The notes under the pieces were generated by a model that worked only from the letters and a program-made list of their open reading frames with translations, had not been told where the DNA came from and searched no databases. Below, one piece after another: positions 1 through 10,725 of a stretch of 64,000 bases of DNA. The stretch lies in the NCBI GenBank assembly GCA_963744145.1, contig CAVUSO010000001.1, positions 1,998,831 to 2,062,830 of the forward strand. The letters run 5' to 3'. The first letter of the stretch is position 1, and every line of letters starts with the position of its first letter. Both the position numbers and the translations under genes were made by a program. Source of the stretch: an uncultured cyanobacterium (GTDB lineage: Bacteria > Cyanobacteriota > Cyanobacteriia > Cyanobacteriales > CAWUOF01).

Positions 1-513
1 CGGGAACGGATTATTTTTTTAGGACGAGATGTTGATGATGAAATTGCTAATCAGATCGTGGCTGTGATGCTTTACCTCGATTCGGAAGATTCTGGCAAAG
101 ATATCTTTTTATATATCAACTCCCCTGGTGGATCGGTTACTGCGGGGATGGCCATCTTTGACACCATGCAGCACATTAAGTCAGATGTGGTAACTATTTG
201 CGTGGGTCTAGCTGCTTCCATGGGTTCTTTCTTACTAACGGCTGGTGCTAAGGGCAAACGGATGGCCCTACCTCACTCGCGGATTATGCTCCATCAACCT
301 TCTGGAGGAACCCGAGGACAAGCGACCGATATCGAAATCGAAGCCAGAGAAATCATTCGGATTCGCCATCAGTTGAATGGGATCTATGCTAAACGCACTG
401 GTCAAACCTTGGCTAAAATTGAGAAGGATATGGATCGTGACTTTTTCATGTCAGCTCAAGAAGCTAAAGAATATGGTTTGATCGATCGGGTGATTGAGGA
501 ACGAGTTAGCTAA
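1..513 (+). CDS. clpP: ATP-dependent Clp protease proteolytic subunit ClpP (5' partial, gene begins upstream of window)
   Basis: The open frame runs from position 1. The ClpP catalytic Ser motif ([11 protein letters not shown]) and His motif (MLHQPSGG) are present. The conserved ClpP N-terminal region is missing, so the gene is truncated by the window edge. Confidence 0.9.
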   Translation, partial: RERIIFLGRDVDDEIANQIVAVMLYLDSEDSGKDIFLYINSPGGSVTAGMAIFDTMQHIKSDVVTICVGLAASMGSFLLTAGAKGKRMALPHSRIMLHQPSGGTRGQATDIEIEAREIIRIRHQLNGIYAKRTGQTLAKIEKDMDRDFFMSAQEAKEYGLIDRVIEERVS

Positions 514-943
514 TGGTTAATTAGGTGAAATCTAAAGATTCTCATCTTTCCACCTCACCCCCCAGCCCCCTTCCCTATTAGGGATAGGGAGCTTGCGTTT
601 CTTGTTGTGGATTTGAAACCGTAAATTCTGTGTGAGAGCTGCGATAAGTCCTTACTCTGACGATACTTTAATGAACAAAATAAAGGGGAAACATATCCAG
701 TTCCATCTGCTTCATGGAAAGCCCATTCTCTAAATTTGTTGGTGATGCTTATGATTCCAGCTAACCAAGGTTTTAACTTATAGCTTATTATACCAATTTG
801 GCAAAGATTCGCTAAAAACTCTCTCATTATTGGCCAGAGACATTCGGTGGGATTTAATTTAGGGAAATTTTTGATTAAGTCTCAAATTTAACCGGATTTG
901 TAACAATTGCGTTATAATTCTTTACCGATGGGCACAATAGAGG

Positions 944-1282
944 TTGTTTATGAGTAATCCTTTAATCAATGCCTTTTTTATAGGCAGATCCCTGGCTGAA
1001 GCCCTAAATGAGCAGATTGAAAAAACACTGACTAATGCTCTGAGTGAAGTGGGCAAATTTGATGCCGAGCAAAGGGTGCGTTTAAGGCAATTCATCGACG
1101 AAGTGATGGAAAGAGCCAAACGTGAAGAAGAAATCGCTATGCAGGGGCGAACTTACTCAACTGGATTAGGAAACTCAGGTTCCCAAACCGAAGATCTGCA
1201 AGCCACTATTGACGAACTGCGAGCTGAAGTTGCTCAGTTACGAGCTGAGTTACAACGCTATCGGAGTCGCTCATCGCTCTAA
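944..1282 (+). CDS. Hypothetical coiled-coil protein
   Basis: 112-aa ORF with heptad-like charged and Leu-rich segments (ELRAEVAQLRAELQRYR). No recognisable catalytic motif. Confidence 0.4.
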   Translation: MFMSNPLINAFFIGRSLAEALNEQIEKTLTNALSEVGKFDAEQRVRLRQFIDEVMERAKREEEIAMQGRTYSTGLGNSGSQTEDLQATIDELRAEVAQLRAELQRYRSRSSL

Positions 1283-1343
1283 ACAAGCCCAGATATCTAG
1301 CTCCCGTTCCTTTTCGCTCAAGCAAATCACCTGAAATAACCAA

Positions 1344-3116
1344 GTGGGAAGAGTGTCTGCTTTAATTAATGACGCCACCAAACCTGAATCAGCACAAACG
1401 CCAATCGCGTCAGTCAAACACCGAGCTAAAACCAAAGTCGATCCAGCTCAAGACTATCGATGGAGTCGTCCCAACTACTCTCGTCATCAGCGTCGTATCG
1501 AAATTTGGGCATTTGTGTTAAAACTAACTGCCGGATTATGGTACGACAGTAAATCTTGGAGTTATACAGGCGAAGTAACGGAAGCAAAAAAAGCTGCTCG
1601 ACGTCGTCGCATGGCGATTTGGATTCGCGAAACTTTTTTAGACCTCGGCCCAACTTTCATTAAACTCGGTCAACTTTTCTCAACTCGTTCAGATTTATTT
1701 CCGGCTGAGTTGGTCGAAGAACTTTCCAAACTGCAAGATCGAGTACCTGCATTTGGATATGAACAGGTAGAAGAAATTGTTGAAGAAGATTTCGGTAAAA
1801 CCATTACTGAACTTTTTCGGAATTTTGATCCTGTTCCCTTGGCCGCCGCTAGTTTAGGACAGGTACATAAAGCCAAACTATATTCTGGTGAAGAAGTAGT
1901 TGTCAAAATCCAACGTCCAGGTTTGAGAAAACTTTTTGATATTGATTTAACGATCGCTAAAGGGATCGCCCGATTTTTCCAAAACCATCCTGAATGGGGG
2001 CGTAACCGAGATTGGATGGGAATTTACGACGAATGTTGTAAAATCCTCTGGAAAGAAATTGATTACGTCAATGAAGGACGCAATGCCGATACCTTTCGAC
2101 GTAATTTTCGCGAGGAAGATTGGGTAATTGTGCCGCGAATTTATTGGCGGTACACTTCTTTTCGGGTGTTAGCTTTAGAATACCTACCTGGGATTAAAAT
2201 TAGCCATTATGAAGCCCTAGAAGCGGCTGGTTTAGACCGGAAAGTGATCGCCAGATTAGGGGCAAAAGCCTATTTGCAACAATTACTTAATAATGGTTTC
2301 TTTCATGCCGATCCCCATCCCGGTAATCTGGCAGTTAATCCAGATGGTGCCTTAATTTTTTATGATTTTGGCATGATGGGAGAAATAAAAAGTGGAATTC
2401 GGGAAAAACTGCTAGAAACATTGTTTGGAATTGCTCAGAAAGATGCTAACCGGATCGTGGCTTCCCTAATCGAAATGGGCGCACTCGTTCCGACTGATGA
2501 TATGTCTCCTGTCCGGCGTTCCATTCAGTATATGCTGGACAATTTCATGGATAAACCTTTTGAAACCCAGTCGATCGCTTTAATTAGTGATGACCTCTAT
2601 GAAATTGCCTATAACCAACCCTTTCGCTTTCCCGCTACTTTCACTTTTGTGATGCGAGCTTTTTCGACCTTGGAAGGAGTGGGGAGAGGTTTAGATCCAG
2701 AATTTAACTTTATGGAAGTTGCACAACCTTTTGCGATGCAGCTTATGTCCAACGGAAATCACCCAGAAACAACCAATAGCATTATTAGTGAACTCAGCCG
2801 TCAAGCAGTCCAAGTCAGTAGCACTGCATTGGGATTGCCCCGTCGGATTGAGGAAACCATTGAAAAATTAGAACAGGGAGATCTGCGTTTACGAGTTCGT
2901 TCAGTAGAAACAGATCGTCTGATCCGTCGCCTTGGTAATATGCAAATGGGTACGAATTATGCTTTACTCATTGGTGCCTTGATCCTATCGGCGACAATTT
3001 TATTGGTCAATGGTTATGGAAGACTGGCCCTGGTCGTGGCTTTGTTATCAGTTGGTCTAATGATTGGGCTAATTCGATTGCTCAGACGCATAGATAAGCT
3101 TGATCGAATGTTTTGA
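1344..3116 (+). CDS. ABC1/UbiB (AarF) family atypical protein kinase
   Basis: 590 aa. ABC1 kinase hallmarks: FIKLGQLFSTRSDLFP, AAASLGQVHKAKL, HADPHPGNLAV, FYDFGMMG. C-terminal transmembrane segment. Confidence 0.85.
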   Translation: MGRVSALINDATKPESAQTPIASVKHRAKTKVDPAQDYRWSRPNYSRHQRRIEIWAFVLKLTAGLWYDSKSWSYTGEVTEAKKAARRRRMAIWIRETFLDLGPTFIKLGQLFSTRSDLFPAELVEELSKLQDRVPAFGYEQVEEIVEEDFGKTITELFRNFDPVPLAAASLGQVHKAKLYSGEEVVVKIQRPGLRKLFDIDLTIAKGIARFFQNHPEWGRNRDWMGIYDECCKILWKEIDYVNEGRNADTFRRNFREEDWVIVPRIYWRYTSFRVLALEYLPGIKISHYEALEAAGLDRKVIARLGAKAYLQQLLNNGFFHADPHPGNLAVNPDGALIFYDFGMMGEIKSGIREKLLETLFGIAQKDANRIVASLIEMGALVPTDDMSPVRRSIQYMLDNFMDKPFETQSIALISDDLYEIAYNQPFRFPATFTFVMRAFSTLEGVGRGLDPEFNFMEVAQPFAMQLMSNGNHPETTNSIISELSRQAVQVSSTALGLPRRIEETIEKLEQGDLRLRVRSVETDRLIRRLGNMQMGTNYALLIGALILSATILLVNGYGRLALVVALLSVGLMIGLIRLLRRIDKLDRMF

Positions 3117-3208
3117 TCAGTTATAACTTAGATGATCGGTCATGGAAATCTGTGACCGATGACTGCTTTCCGCTTTACCTCAATATGTCCGAATAACTAT
3201 CGCCAGTT

Positions 3209-3934
3209 ATGAAAAACCGCTTTGCGGCTACCACTGATCCGGGACTTGTCCGTTCCGTGAATCAGGATGCCTATTATATGGACTCGAATGGAGAATTTTT
3301 TATTGTAGCCGATGGTATGGGTGGCCATTCTGGTGGCCAAGAAGCCAGCCAAATTGCTACAGATACGATTAGAGATTATTTGCTTAAACATTGGCTTTCA
3401 TCTGAGCCAACTGAATTAATTTTGGAGAAAGCTTTATTTGAAGCTAATCAGGCAATTTTGCAGGATCAGCAAGATCATCCAGAACGTGCTGATAGTGGGA
3501 CGACCGCAGTAGTGGTCATGTTGCGTGATCAACAACCAATGGTTGCTCATGTGGGTGACTCTCGTCTCTATCGTCTACATGGTGAAAAATTAGAGCAAAT
3601 TACCGAAGACCATACCTGGGTAGCTCGTGCAGTTCAAGCTGCTCACATTACTCTTGAGGAAGCCAGAATTCATCCTTGGCGTCATGTATTATCTCAATGT
3701 TTAGGAAGAGAGGATTTACGTCAAATTGATATTAAGTCCTTTTCAGTCGAAGCAGGCGATCGCTTACTTTTATGTAGTGATGGTCTCACGGAAGAATTAT
3801 CTGAATCCTTAATTATAGATCCGCTGAAATCTATTTCTGATTGTCAGGCAGCAGCTAATCAATTAGTGATTGCTGCTAAAGAAAAAGGAGGCAAAGACAA
3901 TATTACAGTGGTGCTGGTTAATATTGAAGAGTAA
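3209..3934 (+). CDS. PP2C-family Ser/Thr protein phosphatase
   Basis: Metal-binding motifs ADGMGGH and LLCSDGL. Ends with the typical GGKDNITVVLV. Confidence 0.85.
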   Translation: MKNRFAATTDPGLVRSVNQDAYYMDSNGEFFIVADGMGGHSGGQEASQIATDTIRDYLLKHWLSSEPTELILEKALFEANQAILQDQQDHPERADSGTTAVVVMLRDQQPMVAHVGDSRLYRLHGEKLEQITEDHTWVARAVQAAHITLEEARIHPWRHVLSQCLGREDLRQIDIKSFSVEAGDRLLLCSDGLTEELSESLIIDPLKSISDCQAAANQLVIAAKEKGGKDNITVVLVNIEE

Positions 3935-3946
3935 TAGGTAAATAAA

Positions 3947-4702
3947 GTGTCACAGGTTTCATTTCGATGGCAAAAACTCGTTAACTTGATGGAGGAATTA
4001 TTAACAACTGCCCCAACATTCCTCCAGCGTTTTCGGGGTGCAGGAGGTTGGTTATTTGGGTTGACGCTCGCGATCGCCATGTTGCTGTGGCATTGGCAAC
4101 TTTTTTTGGCTACTATGACTGGGTTAGGGGTAATGGTCTTAGTTTATTTTACCCAAAAAACCAATTGGAAAATCATCTGGTTGCGTTTCCAAAAATTCTG
4201 GAATAGTTCCAATCGTGCTGTCGCTCTAGCTATTTTTAGTGGTGGATTAGGGACAGCTAGTTCCTATCTGGCAGTGGCAATTTGGGTAGAATTAGATAGT
4301 CATTGGTTAGCATTCGGATTTATTCTCCAAAATTTGTTTACCTTAGTCATTTTAATCCTGTTGCTGTGGCAAATATTAGCCCGTCAAAATAACCGAGAGG
4401 AAAGTAAACTTTATGCTCTGTTGGGAGATTTAACTGCTCCTGACCCCCTAAAACGTTTAATGGCGGTGAGATTACTTGCTAAAGTTAGCAATAATCGACC
4501 GAGTGAGCGCGATCGTCAATTAATTACTGATTCTTTACGGTTAATGCTCGGTCGTGAACCAGAACCAATTGTCCGCGATACAGTGCTTGATGCTTTTGGG
4601 AGTTTAAATCATACCCCAGTTTTAAACAAACAAGTTCCACCATTGTCTATTCCCTTAGACCTGAAGCAATCTCCAGCAAGAGTCCATCGACAGATTTCCT
4701 AA
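3947..4702 (+). CDS. Hypothetical membrane protein with HEAT-like C-terminal repeats
   Basis: Several hydrophobic helices, then an LKRLMAVRLLAKV...PIVRDTVLDAF helical-repeat-like tail. Confidence 0.4.
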   Translation: MSQVSFRWQKLVNLMEELLTTAPTFLQRFRGAGGWLFGLTLAIAMLLWHWQLFLATMTGLGVMVLVYFTQKTNWKIIWLRFQKFWNSSNRAVALAIFSGGLGTASSYLAVAIWVELDSHWLAFGFILQNLFTLVILILLLWQILARQNNREESKLYALLGDLTAPDPLKRLMAVRLLAKVSNNRPSERDRQLITDSLRLMLGREPEPIVRDTVLDAFGSLNHTPVLNKQVPPLSIPLDLKQSPARVHRQIS

Positions 4703-4730
4703 TTATTATTTTTCCCTATTAGTACGGTTA

Positions 4731-6191
4731 TTGCTGGTGTCAAGTTCCTTAAATGGCTGGAAATATTTTATGTATAAACAAGCTTTACCAGTTTTAATTG
4801 CTGCTAGCCTATTAGCTGGAGATTATCGTAATGATTGGCTCGCGATCGCTGCTCCTGGACAATTAGCTCCTCGTGCTACTCCCATTACGAATTTTCCGAT
4901 TGTGCAAATTGGAGCTGGGGCAAATTTTAGTCTCACAATTTTACAAAAAGCCGCTAATTTATCAACAGTAATTGCTCGGATTTCTTTAAAAGCAAAACGA
5001 GGTGGTAGTTATTCTCCTGAAACATTAATTGGTGATTTTCGGTATAAAATTAATCAAAGAGCCAATTTCATTCAGGGATTAAATGAAGGTGATCTGGTTG
5101 TAGTTCGTCTCTATGATCAAAAAAACCATCTAATTGGTTATAGTGAATTTGAACTCCTAGCTGAAAATGTAGCAGTTAACTTAATTTTGCCAGATCAACC
5201 CTTATCATCTCGATTATTGTTAACTTTCTATGGTGCTAATGCTAATCTCAATGGTAAAATTGATGATGATGCACATATCTATGGCTATTTTACTCAAATC
5301 TCTGCTGATGGGCAAAACGTTCACTTTTTAAGTGCATTACCAGTAATCAATAATATTAGTCAATTTAAAATTGTCACTTTACCACCCTTACCACAAATTA
5401 GTTATCCCCCTAGTTTAGCTACAGGTGCTTTTTTTGTAGTCAATCGGACTAATGCAATTTTTGATGATAATACACCTGGAACCTTGACAAATCCTCCTGG
5501 ACAGCAAACAGCAATCAGGGATCTAAGTGCTGATCAAATCGATACTTATAATGTTAGTCAGTTAATTGGTAAATTTAAAGCGATCGCGCTAGGGTTAGAT
5601 CCGAATGGTAGTTTTCGAGATGTACCTAATAATTATTGGGCCAAAGATTTTATTGCCCAGTTAGTAACGCGAGGAATTATTCAAGGTTTTCCCGATGGGA
5701 CATTTCGTCCTAATGCTCCCGTCACCCGAGGACAATTTGCAGCAATGGTAAATAAAGCTTTCCGAAGAATAAAAATTCGCGATGCGGTTACATTTGCTGA
5801 TGTACCAAGTAACTATTGGGGATATCAAATCATCCAACAAGATTATGAAATGGGATTTTTTGAGGGAGGGGTGAATTTTGGACCAAACCAAAAGATTTAC
5901 CGTTGGGATAGTTTAACAGTCTTAACCAAAGGATTAAACTATTCAGTCCAGGGGACAACGGAACAGATTTTACAAGTTTATCAGGATGGATCTCAGATTC
6001 CAAGTAATGTCAGAGAGGCGATCGCTGCGGCGACAGAAAAAGGTATAGTAGTAAATTATCCTAATCGTGCTATGCTCAAACCAAATCAACTAGCAACCAG
6101 AGCCGAAGTAGCAGCATTGATCTACCAAGCTTTAGTTAGTACGGGTGATGCGAGCGCAATATCATCTCCTTACGTGGTAGGAAAAAATTAA
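4731..6191 (+). CDS. S-layer homology (SLH) domain-containing cell-surface protein (probable start ATG at 4771)
   Basis: Signal-peptide-like N-terminus from MYKQALPVLIAASLLAG. Three C-terminal SLH repeats (FRDVPNNYWAKDFIAQLVTRGIIQGFPDGTFRPNAPVTRGQFAAMV and related). Confidence 0.8.
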   Translation: MLVSSSLNGWKYFMYKQALPVLIAASLLAGDYRNDWLAIAAPGQLAPRATPITNFPIVQIGAGANFSLTILQKAANLSTVIARISLKAKRGGSYSPETLIGDFRYKINQRANFIQGLNEGDLVVVRLYDQKNHLIGYSEFELLAENVAVNLILPDQPLSSRLLLTFYGANANLNGKIDDDAHIYGYFTQISADGQNVHFLSALPVINNISQFKIVTLPPLPQISYPPSLATGAFFVVNRTNAIFDDNTPGTLTNPPGQQTAIRDLSADQIDTYNVSQLIGKFKAIALGLDPNGSFRDVPNNYWAKDFIAQLVTRGIIQGFPDGTFRPNAPVTRGQFAAMVNKAFRRIKIRDAVTFADVPSNYWGYQIIQQDYEMGFFEGGVNFGPNQKIYRWDSLTVLTKGLNYSVQGTTEQILQVYQDGSQIPSNVREAIAAATEKGIVVNYPNRAMLKPNQLATRAEVAALIYQALVSTGDASAISSPYVVGKN

Positions 6192-6198
6192 CTAATTA

Positions 6199-6921
6199 AT
6201 GCCATTTGCCCCTTTATATCCGATTTTGTACCAAATTCTCAAACCTGCTTTTCCTTCCTGTCTGTGGTGTGGGGAAAATCAGGAAAAAGCGATCGCGCTC
6301 ACTTTTGATGATGGTCCAAATCCAAAATATACCCCCCAATTGCTGCAAGTTCTAGACCGCTATAATGTCCCAGCAACATTCTTTTGGTTGGGAGCAAATA
6401 TAGATCGACATCGAGCTGTAGCAAAAGCAGTCCGCGATCGGGGACATGGGCTCGGGTTACATGGATATTATCATCAATCCTTTCCAAGTTTGAGTGAGAG
6501 TGGACTCAAACAGAGTTTAGAGAAAACCCAAAACGCGATCGCCCGTGCTTGTGGAATAGAGTTAGAATATGTCCAAAGGGAGATCCGAGATGTACGTCCT
6601 CCTAATGGTTTTTTTACCCCGAAAACTTTGAAATTACTAAAACGATGGAACTACCGATGTGTGATGTGGAGCGTAGTTCCTGAAGATTGGGTATGTCCTG
6701 GGGTTTCTATAGTTATTAGTAGGATTATGCGTCAAGTGCAGAATGGTTCGTTAATTGTTTTGCACGATGGTGATCAAGGTGGTGCAGATGTGGTAGAAAC
6801 TACAGCTCAATTGATTCCTAAGCTAATTCAGCAGGGTTACAAATTTGTCAAGGTTGAGGATTTGTGGATCAATAAAGCTCGATTTGCTCAGAAAAATTAT
6901 GCAAAAGTGCGGAAAAAATAA
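6199..6921 (+). CDS. Polysaccharide deacetylase (NodB homology domain)
   Basis: LTFDDGPNP...TFFWLG motif. His-rich catalytic region HGLGLHGYYH. Confidence 0.8.
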   Translation: MPFAPLYPILYQILKPAFPSCLWCGENQEKAIALTFDDGPNPKYTPQLLQVLDRYNVPATFFWLGANIDRHRAVAKAVRDRGHGLGLHGYYHQSFPSLSESGLKQSLEKTQNAIARACGIELEYVQREIRDVRPPNGFFTPKTLKLLKRWNYRCVMWSVVPEDWVCPGVSIVISRIMRQVQNGSLIVLHDGDQGGADVVETTAQLIPKLIQQGYKFVKVEDLWINKARFAQKNYAKVRKK

Positions 6922-7063
6922 ATTGTAGCGTTTTTCTGTTTGTTGAGGTAAGTTGAAGATCCTCCTAAATCCCCCTTAGTAAGGGGGACTTTGAATACCA
7001 GATGAATATGCTAACCTGTTTAAACAATTTATCCAAAAGGTTAAACCGATCGCCTTTCGCATA

Positions 7064-10000
7064 ATGGTTCACATTAAGCGAGTAGAACTCAGTAATTTTA
7101 AGTCTTTTGGTGGCACCACCCCTGTTCCGTTGCTACCTGGTTTTACTGTGATTTCTGGACCAAATGGTTCCGGTAAGTCCAATATTCTCGATGCTTTACT
7201 ATTTTGTTTGGGACTTTCTAGTTCTAAAGGGATGAGAGCGGAACGTTTACCGGATTTGGTTAATCATAATCAACCTCATCGGGGGACGGTGGAAGCTAGT
7301 GTTACTGTTACTTTTGATTTGGGGAATGAACCAGAACAAACAGATGGACAAGATCGTGACGGAATTGAGCTAACTGAGGAAGAAGCTGAAAATCAACCAA
7401 AATTTGGAGATTGGAATGTCACCCGGAAACTCCGAGTCACTCAACAAGGGAGTTATACCTCGACTTATTATATTAATGGTCAAACTTGTACTTTGACTGA
7501 ATTACATGAGCAACTTAATCGTTTACGAGTTTATCCAGAAGGTTATAATGTAGTTCTGCAAGGGGATGTTACCAGTATTATTTCGATGAACTCCAAGGAA
7601 AGGAGAGAAATAATTGATGAACTTGCTGGAGTAGCAGCATTCGATCGCAAAATTGTCATCGCTAAAACTAAATTAGATGAAGTTAAAGAACATGAAGAAC
7701 GGAGTCGGATTGTTGAAAAAGAGCTAATTACTCAACGCGATCGCTTATCTCAAGATCGTCTCAAAGCTGAAAAATATCAAAAATTGCGGACTGAGTTACA
7801 ACAAAAAGAACAATGGGAAGTAGTCTTAGTTTGGCGTCAATTACAACAACAAGAATGGCAATTACGCGAACGAATTGAAGCTGGAGAAAGAGAAGCAATT
7901 GATTTTACTAATCAAATTCAGCAAAAAGACATCCAAATTCACCAAGCAAATGCTGAATTAGAACAACTTAATGCTCGGGTGAAAGCATTGGGAGAAGAAG
8001 AACTGCTCTCTCTCCAATCGATTTTAGCGAACCAAGAAGCGGAACAACGTCAACAACAAAACCGTCAACAGGAACTAGAAACTGCGGCTCAACAAATAGC
8101 TTTTCAGATATCACAAACAGAACAAGAAGTCAAGACATATCAGCAAAATTTAGCGAAAGTAAATTCAGAGCATTTAGTTAAAACTAGGGAAATGACATCC
8201 TTAGAGATGGTTCGGGATGAGATTCAGCAAAGATTAGCACAAAGTAAACAAGATTCTAGTGCGATCGCGGATATTTCCCAAGCGTGGGTCCAGCAGCAAA
8301 CTGAACTGAACCATAAAATTGAAGAGCTGCTCCAAATTATTGATCCACAACGGACCGAACAAGCGAAACTGAAAGAACGAGAAAACCAGTTAGCTAGACA
8401 AATTCAAGAACAAAACCAACTGTTGCAAGAATTAGACCAAGAAGTAAGTAAAAAACAGCAACAAAAACCAGCGATCGAAGCCAAATTTTTGGGCTCTACC
8501 CAACAGATGGAAAGTCTTGCTCAAGCGATCAATATTGCTGAACAAGAACTGCAACTCCAGCAAGAAACTCAAAAACGTCTGTTATCTGAACAAAGAGAAA
8601 AACAACGTCGTTTAGATAAACTGGAAGCTCAAACCCAAGCATTGCAAGAAGCTCAAGGTACTTATGCGACTCAATACATTTTACAAACAGGATTAGTCGG
8701 AGTTTGTGGATTAGTTGCTCAACTAGGACGAGTAGAACCCCGATATCAGTTAGCTTTAGAAACCGCAGCAGGAGCAAGATTAGGACAGTTAGTCGTAGAA
8801 GATGATAATGTAGCCGCAGCCGCAATTGAACTACTTAAACAAAAAAAAGCTGGACGTGCTACTTTTTTACCCCTGAATAAGATTCAGCCCCAAAGATTTA
8901 ATCGGGCTACTACCTTGAATTTTGCTAATGGATTTATTGAATATGCTGTCAATTTAATTGATTGTGATCCGCGCTATCGAGATGTGTTTAACTATGTTTT
9001 TGGACAAACAGTAGTGTTTGAAACTTTAACCGAAGCTCGTCGCTATATGGGTCAATATCGGATTGTGACGATGGAAGGAGAACTTTTAGAAACCAGTGGA
9101 GCAATGACTGGTGGAGCTAGCACTCAACGTTCCTCTCTGCATTTTGGTACTATGGTAGATAGTGAATCGAGTGAGATTGTCGCTTTGAGGGAAAGGTTAC
9201 AAGAGATCGAACAGATTTTAGATCGGTGTAGTCATGGGATCAATCGCTTAACCTTAGAAGTGAAAAGTCAATCGACTCAACTGAGCGAAGCAAAACAGCA
9301 AAGACGCGAACATCAGTTACAAACAGAACAAATCCAATCGGAAATTAAGAATTTAGGTAATCAACAGGAACAGTTGCGATCGCAACTAATGAAAAATACC
9401 CAAGAATTAGCGATTTCCCAAAGTCGTTTACAAGCTCTTGAACAGGAACTACCCACCCAAGAACAACGACTACAAACCTATCGACAAGCTCTGACCGAGT
9501 TAGAACAGTCCCAAACCCATAGTCAGTGGCAACAAATTCAGGCCCAAATCCGGAGTCAAGAAGTCCAATTGCAAGAACAAGATACCATAATCCGTAATGC
9601 TCAAACTCGATTGCAAGATTTGGTTAACCAAAGATTACGCTTGGAAACCAAAATCCAGCAAAGTGATCAAATGCTACAAGATTACGGAAAACAACAAAGT
9701 GCTGGACGTGAAACCATCCATCGCGTAGCTGAACAATTGCACGCGATCGGAGTCCAAATTGGCGAAACTAAATTAGCCTTAGTTAAAATAGAAGAAACCT
9801 TGGGGGTGGAAAAACAAGCAAGAGATCAGGCTGAATCCCAACTCCGAGATATCCGTTTAGCGAAACAACAACTAGAATGGCAATGGCAAAAACTTCAGGA
9901 AACCCAGCAAGGAAGACAGGAAAAATTAACAACCTTGCGAGTCCAAATTGAAACCCAACAGGGGGAATTACCTGATCCCATCCCCACCGTACCGACAGAT

Positions 10001-10666
10001 TTGCAAGTAGAAGAGTTACAAAAAGAAGTGCGATCGCTGCAAAAACGAGTCCAGGCCATGGAACCCGTGAATATGCTAGCCTTAGAAGAATATGATCGAA
10101 CTCAAATACGTTTAGGCGAACTAGGTCAAAAATTAGCTACATTAGAAGCAGAACGGACTGAAATCCTATTGCGGATTGAAAACTTTACCACTCTGAGACT
10201 CAGGGCTTTTAAAGAAGCTTTCGACGCAGTAAACGAAAATTTCCAGTCCATCTTTGCCGAATTATCCGATGGAGACGGATATTTACAGTTAGAAGATTCT
10301 GCTGACCCATTTAACGGGGGCTTAAATTTGGTAGCTCATCCTAAAGGTAAACCAGTACAGCGTTTGGCTTCCATGTCTGGGGGTGAAAAATCCCTCACCG
10401 CGCTGAGTTTTATTTTTGCATTACAACGCTACCGTCCGTCACCATTTTATGCTTTTGACGAAGTAGATATGTTCCTTGATGGTGCAAACGTAGAAAGATT
10501 AGCTAAAATGATCAAACAACAAGCTAAACAGGCACAATTTATTGTAGTTAGTCTCCGTCGTCCGATGATTGAATCGTCCGAGCGAACTATCGGGGTGACC
10601 CAAGCCCGAGGGGCCTACACTCAAGTTTTGGGCATCAAATTGCCGCCTAAAAATGCCTCAGTTTGA
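7064..10666 (+). CDS. smc: Chromosome segregation protein SMC
   Basis: 1200 aa. N-terminal Walker A (GPNGSGKSN), long coiled coils, a hinge, C-terminal signature (LSGGEKSLTALSF) and Walker B (YAFDEVDMFLD). Confidence 0.95.
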   Translation: MVHIKRVELSNFKSFGGTTPVPLLPGFTVISGPNGSGKSNILDALLFCLGLSSSKGMRAERLPDLVNHNQPHRGTVEASVTVTFDLGNEPEQTDGQDRDGIELTEEEAENQPKFGDWNVTRKLRVTQQGSYTSTYYINGQTCTLTELHEQLNRLRVYPEGYNVVLQGDVTSIISMNSKERREIIDELAGVAAFDRKIVIAKTKLDEVKEHEERSRIVEKELITQRDRLSQDRLKAEKYQKLRTELQQKEQWEVVLVWRQLQQQEWQLRERIEAGEREAIDFTNQIQQKDIQIHQANAELEQLNARVKALGEEELLSLQSILANQEAEQRQQQNRQQELETAAQQIAFQISQTEQEVKTYQQNLAKVNSEHLVKTREMTSLEMVRDEIQQRLAQSKQDSSAIADISQAWVQQQTELNHKIEELLQIIDPQRTEQAKLKERENQLARQIQEQNQLLQELDQEVSKKQQQKPAIEAKFLGSTQQMESLAQAINIAEQELQLQQETQKRLLSEQREKQRRLDKLEAQTQALQEAQGTYATQYILQTGLVGVCGLVAQLGRVEPRYQLALETAAGARLGQLVVEDDNVAAAAIELLKQKKAGRATFLPLNKIQPQRFNRATTLNFANGFIEYAVNLIDCDPRYRDVFNYVFGQTVVFETLTEARRYMGQYRIVTMEGELLETSGAMTGGASTQRSSLHFGTMVDSESSEIVALRERLQEIEQILDRCSHGINRLTLEVKSQSTQLSEAKQQRREHQLQTEQIQSEIKNLGNQQEQLRSQLMKNTQELAISQSRLQALEQELPTQEQRLQTYRQALTELEQSQTHSQWQQIQAQIRSQEVQLQEQDTIIRNAQTRLQDLVNQRLRLETKIQQSDQMLQDYGKQQSAGRETIHRVAEQLHAIGVQIGETKLALVKIEETLGVEKQARDQAESQLRDIRLAKQQLEWQWQKLQETQQGRQEKLTTLRVQIETQQGELPDPIPTVPTDLQVEELQKEVRSLQKRVQAMEPVNMLALEEYDRTQIRLGELGQKLATLEAERTEILLRIENFTTLRLRAFKEAFDAVNENFQSIFAELSDGDGYLQLEDSADPFNGGLNLVAHPKGKPVQRLASMSGGEKSLTALSFIFALQRYRPSPFYAFDEVDMFLDGANVERLAKMIKQQAKQAQFIVVSLRRPMIESSERTIGVTQARGAYTQVLGIKLPPKNASV

Positions 10667-10725
10667 TTTTTTGATATTTATTATTCATAGTTAACAGGAT
10701 TCGAGATCGGAATTCGGAATATATA

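Noticed and set aside
555-827. 90-aa minus-strand ORF downstream of clpP
   Set aside because: It overlaps a palindromic, likely terminator region (CCCTATTAGGGATAGGG). Low-complexity translation with no support.
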